52,607 nucleotides of DNA from a virus (IMGVR_UViG_3300036861_000357:1-52607); one strand, 5' to 3'; counted from the first letter of the stretch, positions 1 to 9,275 are shown. Numbers and translations: made by a program. The notes: generated by a model from the letters alone, not told the origin.

Positions 1-151
1 CACTCGTGTGCAACCGGAGGTCCATCCATTCCCGCCTGACGATCCGCGAGGAAACGACGTGCTCGCGTATCCGGAGGATTGCTGTGCCGAGTGACCTCCG
101 GGTGAGCGGGCAGAGCAGGGGGGACGGTAAGGATTCCTTGTCGCTTTTCTC

Positions 152-180
152 TTGACAATGGGCTACCTGAGTAGTACATT
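152..180 (+). promoter_or_regulatory. sigma70-type promoter, probably leaderless
   Basis: TTGACA (152-157), 17 bp spacer, TACATT (175-180); ATG at 187 with no SD. Confidence 0.75.
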
Positions 181-186
181 TAGGCC

Positions 187-429
187 ATGAAGAATACAGC
201 AAAGTCGAAGGGCGTATCGGCGGCGGCGTGGTTTTACGCGCAGCCGGGGTTTCGTACCGCTGAGCCGCGCGTGATGGTTGACCTGTGCCTCTGTGGGCAC
301 GGCCGACCCGAGCACGTGGGCGGCTACCAGGGCTGTCTGATCTGCACGAAGAAGGGACCGGGCGTGTTCACCTGCCGGCCCGGTACGTGTGATCGGTTCA
401 CTTGGAATCCGGACGCGGAGCGGAAGTGA
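187..429 (+). CDS. small Cys/His-rich hypothetical protein
   Basis: CLCGH..H..CLIC..C..C; directly downstream of a consensus promoter. Confidence 0.7.
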   Translation: MKNTAKSKGVSAAAWFYAQPGFRTAEPRVMVDLCLCGHGRPEHVGGYQGCLICTKKGPGVFTCRPGTCDRFTWNPDAERK

Positions 430-638
430 AGCGGGCCGCAATAAAGCGAGGGGGCCGGGTCTCTATACAGGCCCGGCTCCTTCGGGAGGCGGCGTGTGAA
501 TGGGCCGCGCACGCTCACGAGCCAATCCTAGACGATAACGACTCGGCCAGTAAGAAGCGCTGGTATCGACTGGCTCGCGCCGCCTACGAATACGCGCGGC
601 ACGTCGGGGCCATTCCCGGCATCCCGGCGGAGCGATGA
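426..638 (+). CDS. hypothetical protein
   Basis: GTGA overlap with the upstream stop and ATGA overlap with the next gene. Confidence 0.55.
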   Translation: MKRAAIKRGGRVSIQARLLREAACEWAAHAHEPILDDNDSASKKRWYRLARAAYEYARHVGAIPGIPAER

Positions 639-820
639 GCGCCCTCCGCGTCCGCAAGGCGACGGTCTACGACTGCACCTGTGAGCGGTGTGGGCACAAA
701 TGGCTGGCCTTCAAGCTGCCTACGGCCTGTGCGAAGTGCAAGAGCCGGAGCTGGAACGTCCCGGAGGGGTCGGTTCCGCTTGGACGCCCACCGAAGGGGA
801 GGCCCGATGACCGGGGATAA
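635..820 (+). CDS. zinc-ribbon protein with AT-hook-like GRPPK tail
   Basis: CERCGHKW...CAKCKS, then LGRPPKGRP. Confidence 0.7.
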   Translation: MSALRVRKATVYDCTCERCGHKWLAFKLPTACAKCKSRSWNVPEGSVPLGRPPKGRPDDRG

Positions 821-1940
821 CGAGGGAGAGAGCGCCAAAGTGAGCGCGGAGGTAATCGTTGAGCGCTGGTGCTCAATTCTGGTCCCATCGCGAGACGCCG
901 ATGCACTTTACACCGTCTATGTCGTAGATCGCGACAGGCTCGTCTCACTCATCGAATCGGCTCTCCAGTCGCGGGACGAGCGCATCCGCGCCTTGCAGGA
1001 GGAGGTGGAGAGGCTGACCCGCGAGTGCCAGCGTGAGTCCGACAACGCAGCGCGCATGGACAAGCTGTGGGCCGAGGAAGAGACGCTGCACAAGACCGCC
1101 GAATCCGCGCTCTCCGCCGCCCGTGCCAACTTGGAGCGGCTGACGTTGAAGTGCCAGCGGTTGCGTGTGGCCGTTCGCACGACAAACAAGGCGCTAGAGA
1201 CCCGGCGCTATCAGCAGGACCGCAAGCGGCTCGGACACATACTTGCCACGACGGAACGACTACAGGCCGAAATCATGAAGCTCCACCCGGTGGGCGACTA
1301 CCTGTGGGTCAAGCGTGCCGACCTGGAGCGGGAGCGGGCCAAGCGGGAGGCCGCCGTATGGGAGAGGGACGAGGCACGGGAGGCGCTACGCCGAATCAAG
1401 GATCTCCCGCGTGGGAGGCGGCCGGCCATTACTGCGACTGACGCTCGCAAGATCGCTCGTACCGCCCTCCGCGCGTCCCGCCAGCCTGCCACGCCGGCCC
1501 GAGAGGAGATGTCCGATGGGACTTCCACGAAACCCGCGAGCGAAGTGCGCGTGCGGGAAGATGGCGAAGGCGCTGGTGGGGCTAACCCCAAAGTGCTCGG
1601 CATGCACCAAGAAGGCGCGACGGTAGCGGGGAGCGCTCCCACGGAGGAGCCGCCACGCTGGCTGGAAGGTACCTGGCCCGCCGATTGTGTCCAGCGCGCG
1701 TTCGTGGACGGCGCGAAGTGGTGGCAGTACGCGGCGCACGGCTGCACGGCGTTCGCGGTTGAGCGTGACGAGATGGAGGCCGAGGCGGTGCGGCGTTACG
1801 GGGAGCCCCCCAGCGCCCCGGCCCCACAGGTCCACACGGAAGCATGTAAGAGCGCGCGGTTGGACGGCGACGTGGCGCCTTGCATCTGCGCACCCCCATC
1901 GGAGCCGCCCGCCCCGGTGCCCGGCCGGGAGAAGGGATGA
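807..1940 (+). CDS. coiled-coil hypothetical protein
   Basis: start refined to ATG 807 after GGAGG; E/R/A/L heptad-rich; ATGA-coupled to the next gene. Confidence 0.65.
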   Translation: MTGDNEGESAKVSAEVIVERWCSILVPSRDADALYTVYVVDRDRLVSLIESALQSRDERIRALQEEVERLTRECQRESDNAARMDKLWAEEETLHKTAESALSAARANLERLTLKCQRLRVAVRTTNKALETRRYQQDRKRLGHILATTERLQAEIMKLHPVGDYLWVKRADLERERAKREAAVWERDEAREALRRIKDLPRGRRPAITATDARKIARTALRASRQPATPAREEMSDGTSTKPASEVRVREDGEGAGGANPKVLGMHQEGATVAGSAPTEEPPRWLEGTWPADCVQRAFVDGAKWWQYAAHGCTAFAVERDEMEAEAVRRYGEPPSAPAPQVHTEACKSARLDGDVAPCICAPPSEPPAPVPGREKG

Positions 1941-2641
1941 AGCACATCGTTGCCCTTTCCGGCGGCAAGGACTCGACGGCAATGGCGCTCCGGCTGGTGG
2001 AGGTCGAGCCGCGCGATTACGAGTTCGTTTGCACGCCGACCGGCAACGAGCTTCCCGACATGGTGCAGCATTGGGTCCGGCTCGGTCGTCTCCTCGGCAA
2101 GCCACTTCGCCCGCTTGTTACCGGCGTCAGCCTCGGCTCCCTGATCCGCTGGTGGAACGCGCTCCCGAATTGGCGGCAGCGGTGGTGTACGCGGGTGCTC
2201 AAGATTGAGCCATTCCAGCAGTACGTAGCCGCGAACAGCCCAGCGACGATCTACGTGGGCATCCGCGCCGACGAGCAGGACCGAGAGGGTGTCGAGTACG
2301 AGAACCGACGTTTCCCGCTGGTTGAGTGGGGATGGGACAAGGCGAAGGTGCTTTCCTATCTCGCGGAGCGCGGGGTGGAGATTCCGAAGCGAACCGATTG
2401 CGCGGCGTGCTTCTTCCAAACTCTCGGGGAATGGTGGGCGCTGTGGCACGACCACCCGGCCGACTATCTCGAAGCCGAAGCGTGGGAGGCGCAAACAGGC
2501 CACACGTTCCGTAGCCCGCAGCGCGACACGCATCCGGTGGCATTGAAGGATCTGCGGGCCGAGTTCGAGGCGGGCTACGTGCCGAAGGCGCGTGCGACGA
2601 TGGACGACCGGCCGCGCATGTGTGGGACGTGTGCGCGATGA
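1937..2641 (+). CDS. PAPS-reductase/PP-loop family protein with possible Fe-S cysteines
   Basis: HIVALSGGKDS PP-loop, RWCTRVLKIEP, VGIRADE, FPL..W, CAAC, CGTC. Confidence 0.85.
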   Translation: MKHIVALSGGKDSTAMALRLVEVEPRDYEFVCTPTGNELPDMVQHWVRLGRLLGKPLRPLVTGVSLGSLIRWWNALPNWRQRWCTRVLKIEPFQQYVAANSPATIYVGIRADEQDREGVEYENRRFPLVEWGWDKAKVLSYLAERGVEIPKRTDCAACFFQTLGEWWALWHDHPADYLEAEAWEAQTGHTFRSPQRDTHPVALKDLRAEFEAGYVPKARATMDDRPRMCGTCAR

Positions 2642-2681
2642 CGGGGGGACCGCAGGGGGCGAGGGGGAAGGGGCGAGGGGA

Positions 2682-2873
2682 GTGAGCCGCAGAGTCCATT
2701 TATTCATCAACGTCGCCAACCGGCACCAACCGACTGGAGGTGAACCTAGGACAGCAATCGTGGAATGCGGCCGGTGTTCTTGTGGCTGGCCTCAGCGCAA
2801 CGGGAGGAGCACTAGGCGCTGGGCGACGTACTCACAGTGGGCAATGCACGAACGCTCTAAGAGGAAGCGATGA
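2682..2873 (+). CDS. small hypothetical protein (CSCGW..H)
   Basis: GTG after a G-rich SD-like sequence; ATGA-coupled to the next ORF. Confidence 0.45.
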   Translation: MSRRVHLFINVANRHQPTGGEPRTAIVECGRCSCGWPQRNGRSTRRWATYSQWAMHERSKRKR

Positions 2874-3040
2874 CCTCCCGCCTCCAGGACGAGCCGATAG
2901 TCTACACCACGAAATGCCGCACGGCCGATGGCGCAGTCTACGACCTAGGCGAGTTTCAACACCCACCGAAGCATGAGCACCCCGTCGCATGTGCGGGCTG
3001 CCTTGTGGTGGATGCGTGGACGGAAAGGACGACCCGATGA
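2870..3040 (+). CDS. 56-aa hypothetical protein (not in ORF track)
   Basis: read manually as MTSRLQDEPIVY...CAGC...; ATGA overlaps at both ends. Confidence 0.5.
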   Translation: MTSRLQDEPIVYTTKCRTADGAVYDLGEFQHPPKHEHPVACAGCLVVDAWTERTTR

Positions 3041-3243
3041 GCCTCCGCCTCGACTCGCGCGGTTTTGTCTATGTTGGGGTGATCCTGCCGGCCCTCGTTT
3101 CCGGGGCCTGCACTCACCTCCGGGACCTGGACTGCCGCATCGCCCCATGCCCAGCAGGTCAGATCTGCAAGCCGCAGCCGGGTGGTGAGCCGCTCGGCTG
3201 GATCTGCGTTCCTGTCCCCAAGCCATCGCCCTCCCCTGGCTGA
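3037..3243 (+). CDS. small Cys/Pro-rich putative lipoprotein
   Basis: hydrophobic FVYVGVILPALV then SGAC lipobox-like motif; four more Cys; Pro-rich end. Confidence 0.5.
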   Translation: MSLRLDSRGFVYVGVILPALVSGACTHLRDLDCRIAPCPAGQICKPQPGGEPLGWICVPVPKPSPSPG

Positions 3244-3274
3244 ACCGAGGCTCTGGAGGTGTAAGATTCCTCCA

Positions 3275-4303
3275 ATGCCACGCCCCATTCGCCGCCCGCC
3301 TCGCCCCTTCGAGCTTCCAGACCTCACCGATGACGCTCAGCGGATGCGGGATCTCTCGAACACCGACCTCGACCTGCTCGCCAAGCTCCAACCTTCGCTC
3401 CGCCGGCAGATCGAGATGGTCAAGGAGGTGCGAGCGCGACGCCTCGCGATGCTGGCGGAGTCCAAGTCCGCCCTCGCTGCTGCCAACCCAAAGAAGTTCC
3501 TCTGGGAGGCGCTTGGGATGCGCCCCACCGACGTCGCTGCCAACGCCTACAAGATCCGTTCCCCGATCACGGACGACCAGGAGAAGGTGCTCGACTCCTT
3601 TGTCCGCTACAAGCGCACCGCCGTCCCATCGGGCCAGGGCGCTGGGAAGACCTGCCTCGCCGCTGTCTGCGCCCTCTGGTTCCTCTACCGCTACGAGCCC
3701 TCTATCGTCATCACCACCGCTACCACCTGGACCCTGGTCGAAGCCCAACTATGGCGGGAGATCCACGACCGCTTCATCAAGGCCCGGATTCCCCTCCCCG
3801 GCAAGCTCATGCAGACCGAGCTACGGATCTCCCCTCGCCACTTCATGCTGGGGATCTCCACCGACGACGTCTCGCGCTTCCAGGGCTTCCACGCGCCCCA
3901 CGTCCTGGTCATCATCGACGAGGCCACTGGCGTGCGCGAGGAACTCTGGGACGGCGCGGAGGCGATCACCGTGGGCCGAGAGGATCGGATCCTTGCCTTC
4001 GGCAACCCAACCGATCCCGGCTCGCGTTTCTACCGCTCCTGTCAGTCTCCGCTCTGGAACGTGGTGCCCATCGACTGTCTGAACCACCCCAACGTCCTCC
4101 ACAACGACCCCGGCATCATCCCCGGCGCGGTGACGAAGGAGTGGTGCGATGACCGCCTCGAAGAGTACGGTGCCCAGGACCATCCCTTGTACCTGGCCCG
4201 TGTCCGGGGCGAGTGGCCGAAGCAGGGTGAATTCTCCCTCGTCTCGATCGCTGATGTGGAGCGGGCGCAGCAGTGGGATGAGCGGCACCAGGAGGTCGCG
4301 TGA
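3275..4303 (+). CDS. terminase large subunit, ATPase half
   Basis: Walker A VPSGQGAGKT, Walker B VLVIIDEA, coupling motif FGNP, ARVRGEW. Confidence 0.9.
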   Translation: MPRPIRRPPRPFELPDLTDDAQRMRDLSNTDLDLLAKLQPSLRRQIEMVKEVRARRLAMLAESKSALAAANPKKFLWEALGMRPTDVAANAYKIRSPITDDQEKVLDSFVRYKRTAVPSGQGAGKTCLAAVCALWFLYRYEPSIVITTATTWTLVEAQLWREIHDRFIKARIPLPGKLMQTELRISPRHFMLGISTDDVSRFQGFHAPHVLVIIDEATGVREELWDGAEAITVGREDRILAFGNPTDPGSRFYRSCQSPLWNVVPIDCLNHPNVLHNDPGIIPGAVTKEWCDDRLEEYGAQDHPLYLARVRGEWPKQGEFSLVSIADVERAQQWDERHQEVA

Positions 4304-5118
4304 GCACCTCCACCCGCCTCGCCAGTGCCCGCCTCGTCACCCACGCCGGCAAGGGGATCGCCCTTGGCCTCGACGTCGCTGGCCCCGGCACGGACCTCGC
4401 CCCCTGCTGGTCGATCTGCGACGGGCGGGCCAAGCTCGAATGGTGGGTGGTCCACAACGACCTGATGGACACCGCCGACCGCGTCGCTCGCACCGTCAAC
4501 GATTACGAGGGCCGGGTGAAGGTGGTCTGCATCGACGACACTGGGATCGGGGGCGGAGTCACCTCGCGCCTCCGCCAACTCCAGCGCTGGGAGCGCTCGC
4601 GCCTGAACTCCCCTGAGTCTGGCCCCGGCTACCTCTCCGCCTGCACCATCGTGGCAATCAACTTCGGGCAGGAGCCGCGCAACCCGGCCAAGTTCCGCCG
4701 GGCGAAGGACGAACTCTGGTGGACGCTCTCCGAGAGCCTGAAGAAGACTCTGCTTGGTCTCCCGCCCGATTCAGAATTGGCAAAGGCGCGTCTCCCGAAG
4801 GGCAATTCCCTCATCGCGCAACTCGTCTCCGCGATCTACGAAACTGACGCCTCCGGCAGGATCAAGGTCTACGACCGCCGAGACCCGAAGTCCTCCTCAG
4901 AGAAGCTCAAGGCTCTCCCCACCAAGTCTCCGGACCTCGCGCACTCCCTCATGCTTGCCAATTGGGGCTTCCACCTCATGCGCGCGCAGTGGGACGAGGA
5001 GCAGCCGCGCACGATCTTGGAGAAGCGCGCAAAGGAGTGGCGCGAGCGCATAAAGAAGGATATCCAGCAGCACTTCCGGCCCGACGAGAGGGGGCCGGAT
5101 AACTTCGATTTCTGCTAG
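4300..5118 (+). CDS. terminase large subunit, RNase H-like nuclease half
   Basis: ALGLDVAGPGTD, CIDDTGIGGGV, INFG, KSPDLAHSLMLA; own GGAGG SD at 4291-4295. Confidence 0.85.
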   Translation: MSTSTRLASARLVTHAGKGIALGLDVAGPGTDLAPCWSICDGRAKLEWWVVHNDLMDTADRVARTVNDYEGRVKVVCIDDTGIGGGVTSRLRQLQRWERSRLNSPESGPGYLSACTIVAINFGQEPRNPAKFRRAKDELWWTLSESLKKTLLGLPPDSELAKARLPKGNSLIAQLVSAIYETDASGRIKVYDRRDPKSSSEKLKALPTKSPDLAHSLMLANWGFHLMRAQWDEEQPRTILEKRAKEWRERIKKDIQQHFRPDERGPDNFDFC

Positions 5119-5121
5119 CCC

Positions 5122-5523
5122 ATGACCGTCCTCACCGCTTCTGGCCGCGACCCCGAGCAAACTCGCCTCAACGCGATGCTCCAGCACTGGCTCCGCCTTC
5201 CAGGCACCCCTCTCATGTGCCATCATCTCGGGTCCAATCGCTTCACCCGAGAGGATCTCGTCCGACTCGACGCCGGCCAGATGGACAAGCTTGAACTCTC
5301 GACTTGGATCGTGCGTCTTCTTACCAACCGGCAGATCAAGGCGCATATCGTCAAGCAACTCGTAGAGGATCGGGCCTACCGGGAGAAGCAGTGCGCGCCC
5401 AACAAGCAGTTCCCGGCCGACACAATCTCCACCACCAAGGCCGTGAAGGCTGACTTAACGCAGATTTACGCGGAGGTGAAGGAGCGGGCGGAGCTTGGGC
5501 GGAAGGGCATCCTCCTCCCCTGA
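5122..5523 (+). CDS. hypothetical protein
   Basis: ORF packed in the packaging operon with typical codon usage. Confidence 0.65.
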   Translation: MTVLTASGRDPEQTRLNAMLQHWLRLPGTPLMCHHLGSNRFTREDLVRLDAGQMDKLELSTWIVRLLTNRQIKAHIVKQLVEDRAYREKQCAPNKQFPADTISTTKAVKADLTQIYAEVKERAELGRKGILLP

Positions 5524-5705
5524 TGCCCCGGCTCATCGACGCTCGCTGGACGCCCCAGGTGAACATGCTTCTCATCGAGTGCTCCTGCGGGGAGCGCTTC
5601 GAGTGGAGGGCGGATCGGGCCTTCGCGGAGTGCCCCTCGTGCGAGGCGAGGATCGGGCTCTTCCCGCTCAAGGCTGGCTTGACAACCTCGTCCTCGCGGG
5701 GCTAG
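5523..5705 (+). CDS. zinc-ribbon protein
   Basis: ECSCG..F....ECPSC; TGATG coupling. Confidence 0.6.
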   Translation: MPRLIDARWTPQVNMLLIECSCGERFEWRADRAFAECPSCEARIGLFPLKAGLTTSSSRG

Positions 5706-5756
5706 TCTCAACCCGGTACGAACCCCGGGTCCCCGATCCCGAGGAGGCGACGGCGA

Positions 5757-6323
5757 ATGACACCTTTCCAGGCTCTCGCGCTCCTGGCCTCCTGTGTCTT
5801 CGCCGTCGCCTCCGTCTCCACCACCCTCTGGCTGATCGGCCTCCTGAAGCACGTCCTCCGCGATACCTACGCCCTCCAGGACAAGCTCCGCGAGGCGCTC
5901 CACGTCCTGTTGAACCGCGCCCAGCGCGCCGAGGAGCAACTCGCCGAGGAGCGCTCCCTGCTTCGAGAAGCTCTCGCCAAATCCGCGGAACTCGAAGTCG
6001 CTCGTCAGGAGATCGACTACCTCCAGGGCCAACTCCATCAGCACCAGCTTGCGCTGATCGACGGTGCCCAGGTAGCTCAAGCCAGGATCATGGCCCTGCT
6101 CAGTGATCGTCCCCCGCTCCGCCCGAGTCACACGATCGATAGTTCTCCACCCCCACCCGAGCCGATCGACGAAGGCCCCTGGACCTCGCCCCCGGATTCC
6201 CCCGGCCCGCGCTCTTCGGTGGCGCTCCCACCGGATTCCTCCCCCAGAATCTACAAGGAGCCCATGGACGAATCCGTGGTGGACGCCGGCCTGCGCGCCG
6301 TGATGGCGACGCCGATCGAGTAG
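5757..6323 (+). CDS. N-terminally membrane-anchored coiled-coil protein
   Basis: GAGGAGG SD; hydrophobic residues ~5-30, coiled coil, Pro-rich tail. Confidence 0.7.
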   Translation: MTPFQALALLASCVFAVASVSTTLWLIGLLKHVLRDTYALQDKLREALHVLLNRAQRAEEQLAEERSLLREALAKSAELEVARQEIDYLQGQLHQHQLALIDGAQVAQARIMALLSDRPPLRPSHTIDSSPPPPEPIDEGPWTSPPDSPGPRSSVALPPDSSPRIYKEPMDESVVDAGLRAVMATPIE

Positions 6324-6327
6324 TTGG

Positions 6328-9018
6328 GTGGGGGGCTTCGCTAATCCTCGCCGCTCGCGCCAAGCCTACGAGGAGCTTCCGCCCGAGGGATCCTCGCCCT
6401 CGAAGTTCATGTCGCACTTCCGCTCCGTCATCGACCCGCGATCCGAGCGTCGCATCGAGTACCTGCGCGAACTGAACATAGCGCGCGCTTTCATGCTCTC
6501 GGAGCAGTGGCTCGCGCTCGAAGGTGCGGTCGCCTCCACCGATGGGCGAATCTTCGCGTCCCGTTACACGCGCCAGGACCCGAGGGCCAAGATCCCCCGG
6601 CCGGTCGAGAACGAAACCCTCCCGCTCGTTGACAACGAGATCGCAAAGCAGGCCCGCCGACGCTCCACCGCTCGCGTCCGAACCGTCGCATTCCAGGAGG
6701 GCACCCTTGGCTCGGGTGGGCGCGAGGTGGCGCAGGGCATCCTCGACTGGCACCTCGAAGCGATCAACTGGTCGGGGCGGCGGGTGGCGGGACTCCGCCA
6801 CGAAGTCCTCTACGGGACCATGTATATCTGGTCCTACCTCGACCAATCCTTCCTGAAGACCGTCCGCGTGGGGATCACCGACGCGCGCCGCTGCACGCAC
6901 GGCTGCGACTTCGTGCTGGCCTCGCCCGCCATCCCGGAGAAGGCGGCCATGCGCGACGGCTACAACCTCAACGACCCGAGCCGTGTGAAGCGCGCGGTGG
7001 GGACCGACGAATCTGGCCTCCCCACCGTGGACTACACGGCCCGGACCTGCCTCGCCTGTGGTGGTCCCCTCGAAGAGTTTGCCCCGATGGGGGACATGCT
7101 TGAATCCCCCGACGCCTTCGGCCGGGACCTCTACGAGGAGGTGCCCCTCAACCAGCCCGACATCGAGATGCCGCCGCCTCACGAGGTCTACCCAGACAAC
7201 GACGGCGCTGGCTACGAACTCTTCAGGGACGTCCCTCGCTGGTATCGGGCCGCCCCGCGCGACCTCGACTGGATCAAGTCCCATTACGCGCACATCCCGG
7301 AAGTCGCCAAGCTCAAGGCGGATCCGGTCGAGGAAATCTCGCGCTTCACTCCGGTCGATGGGATCTACGGCTACAACGGGACCGTGCGCGGCTCGAAGAT
7401 GTGGCGGAACCACGCCGTGGTCTACACCGCGGTCTGCAACCCGTACCTCGACTGGGAGGATGGGAGATTCGTCGAGGCGGTGGGATCGGAGCGTGGCCCG
7501 ATCACCCTTCGCGACGAGCCCCTTTTCCGGCCGTCCAAGCGCAAAAAGGGTCTCCAGATCCCCCTCGTGAAGATCGCTGGCGCTCGCCTCATCGTGAAAG
7601 ACGGCGAGATCCAGGGTCAGGGTATCGTGCGCCCCAACATCTCCCCGCAGAACCGCGTCAACATGTGCTTCAGCCAGATCGTGGACACGCGCCAGCGAGG
7701 CGGAGTGGATGGGTTGCTCGTGCCCGACGACATGCAACTCACCTCGGGCATGTTCTATGGCTTCACTGGGCGCGTGGTCCGCTTCCGCCCCTCGGTCTCC
7801 AATCCCCAATACGTCCCCGCTTTCCTGCGCGCCCACACGATGGACCAGGGCGTCTACCAGGAGATTGACCGTACGATTGATCGGATGCAGAACCGGGTTG
7901 GGGCTCAGGACGCCGACGTGGGCAAGGCGCCCCGCAACGTCTCCGCTGCCTCCGCCATCCAACTCCTCCTCGAACAGGTGGCGGTGCGACGGGAACTCCG
8001 CGAGCAGGAAGTCACCGAAGCTTTCCGCGAGGTCTTCTCGCACCAACTTCTCCTGCTCGCTGAATTCGCTATCGAGCCTCGCCAGTACCGCACCGAGGTC
8101 CAGAAAGGGAAGTGGGAATACAAGACCTTCAGTGGTCAGGATCTCGAAGGCCACACCGACGTCGTGGTGGAGGAGGCTGCCGGCTACGACGCCCAGGCGT
8201 TCGAGCGCGAGGCCATGATCCAGGCCCTCCAGATGGGCGTGGTGCAGCCCACTACTCCCTACTCCCGACGCGAGGTGCTTCGCGTCCTCGGGACCTCCAC
8301 GAGGCCCCTCGACGAGGAGAACGTTCAAATCTCTGACGCGGAGTCGAAGTGGTACGCCTTCCGGGACAATCAGATAATCCCGGTGATCGACCCCGACCTC
8401 GACGACCACTACCTGATGTTCATGGTCTATGGTCGATTCCTGAAATCGAACGAGGGTGTCCAGATGGCCCAGGAGGCGAACTGGCCCCAGATCCTTACCG
8501 TCATCTCGGGATGGGAGGACAAGCTCTCCAAGGCCCGCCAACTCGACCAGAAGATCCGTGGGCTGATGGCGGCGGCGCAGTCTCCCCCCTCTCCGCCTTC
8601 GCCCGGACTCCCAGGTCCCGGTGGCGTCCCGCTCCCACCGCCTCCCTCCCCCGGCGACCAGGCGAGGATGATCCTTGGGGGGATGACTCAGGCCGGTGTT
8701 GACCCGCGATCAATGATGATGCCGCAGGAGGTCACGCAGCAGATACTCTACGTCTGGGCTCGCATGGCACAGCAGGCTCAGGCCCCCGACTTCACCCAGA
8801 TTCCATTCACGCAGTTCATGGCCGTGGTGCGCGGGCACCGTCTCCTCGGTGAGGGCAAGAAGGCGATGGCGATGGGCAGCCCCACCATGGCGGCGCCGGG
8901 CGGCTCATCCACCACCGCCGGCACCGAGCCCGTCCTCGGTTCGACCGCCACCCCGGGCCAGGGCACCCCGAGCGAGGCCGCGGGTCTTCCTGCCGGGGCG
9001 ACTCCAGCGCAGGGTTGA
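6328..9018 (+). CDS. portal protein
   Basis: 896 aa between terminase and scaffold; SAASAIQLLLEQ and Q..VN...SQ portal-like motifs; Q/P/M-rich C-terminus. Confidence 0.8.
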   Translation: MGGFANPRRSRQAYEELPPEGSSPSKFMSHFRSVIDPRSERRIEYLRELNIARAFMLSEQWLALEGAVASTDGRIFASRYTRQDPRAKIPRPVENETLPLVDNEIAKQARRRSTARVRTVAFQEGTLGSGGREVAQGILDWHLEAINWSGRRVAGLRHEVLYGTMYIWSYLDQSFLKTVRVGITDARRCTHGCDFVLASPAIPEKAAMRDGYNLNDPSRVKRAVGTDESGLPTVDYTARTCLACGGPLEEFAPMGDMLESPDAFGRDLYEEVPLNQPDIEMPPPHEVYPDNDGAGYELFRDVPRWYRAAPRDLDWIKSHYAHIPEVAKLKADPVEEISRFTPVDGIYGYNGTVRGSKMWRNHAVVYTAVCNPYLDWEDGRFVEAVGSERGPITLRDEPLFRPSKRKKGLQIPLVKIAGARLIVKDGEIQGQGIVRPNISPQNRVNMCFSQIVDTRQRGGVDGLLVPDDMQLTSGMFYGFTGRVVRFRPSVSNPQYVPAFLRAHTMDQGVYQEIDRTIDRMQNRVGAQDADVGKAPRNVSAASAIQLLLEQVAVRRELREQEVTEAFREVFSHQLLLLAEFAIEPRQYRTEVQKGKWEYKTFSGQDLEGHTDVVVEEAAGYDAQAFEREAMIQALQMGVVQPTTPYSRREVLRVLGTSTRPLDEENVQISDAESKWYAFRDNQIIPVIDPDLDDHYLMFMVYGRFLKSNEGVQMAQEANWPQILTVISGWEDKLSKARQLDQKIRGLMAAAQSPPSPPSPGLPGPGGVPLPPPPSPGDQARMILGGMTQAGVDPRSMMMPQEVTQQILYVWARMAQQAQAPDFTQIPFTQFMAVVRGHRLLGEGKKAMAMGSPTMAAPGGSSTTAGTEPVLGSTATPGQGTPSEAAGLPAGATPAQG

Positions 9019-9019
9019 C

Positions 9020-9232
9020 GTGTCGGCGCACTGGACCAGCTTTCGGCAGGGCCGGGAGACACGCCCACGCCTCGTCCCCGATCCGGAGCGCCGCATAGGA
9101 GCCGACGAGGGCGGGCACTCATGGGCGCTCGCGAAGGGCCAGCCCGGCTACCGGGTCTGCCGCCGCTGCGGGACGCTCCGCGATGAGAAGCGGGGTAACA
9201 AGGTCTGCCGGTTCCGGTCCTTCCTCTTCTAG
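9020..9232 (+). CDS. small Zn-binding hypothetical protein
   Basis: GHSW...CRRCG...C; GTG just after the portal stop. Confidence 0.5.
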   Translation: MSAHWTSFRQGRETRPRLVPDPERRIGADEGGHSWALAKGQPGYRVCRRCGTLRDEKRGNKVCRFRSFLF

Positions 9233-9245
9233 AAATACTGCCTGC

Positions 9246-9275
9246 TTGACAAAACCCCATTGCGGGGTGCATCCT
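9246..9275 (+). promoter_or_regulatory. possible promoter for the head genes
   Basis: TTGACA at 9246-9251, 18 bp spacer, CATCCT; intergenic. Confidence 0.45.

Noticed and set aside
6100-8541. Long antisense ORFs (813 aa here; also 10623-12059, 34168-35715, 43170-44609)
   Set aside because: These are shadows of high-GC genes with strong codon bias and show no recognisable motifs
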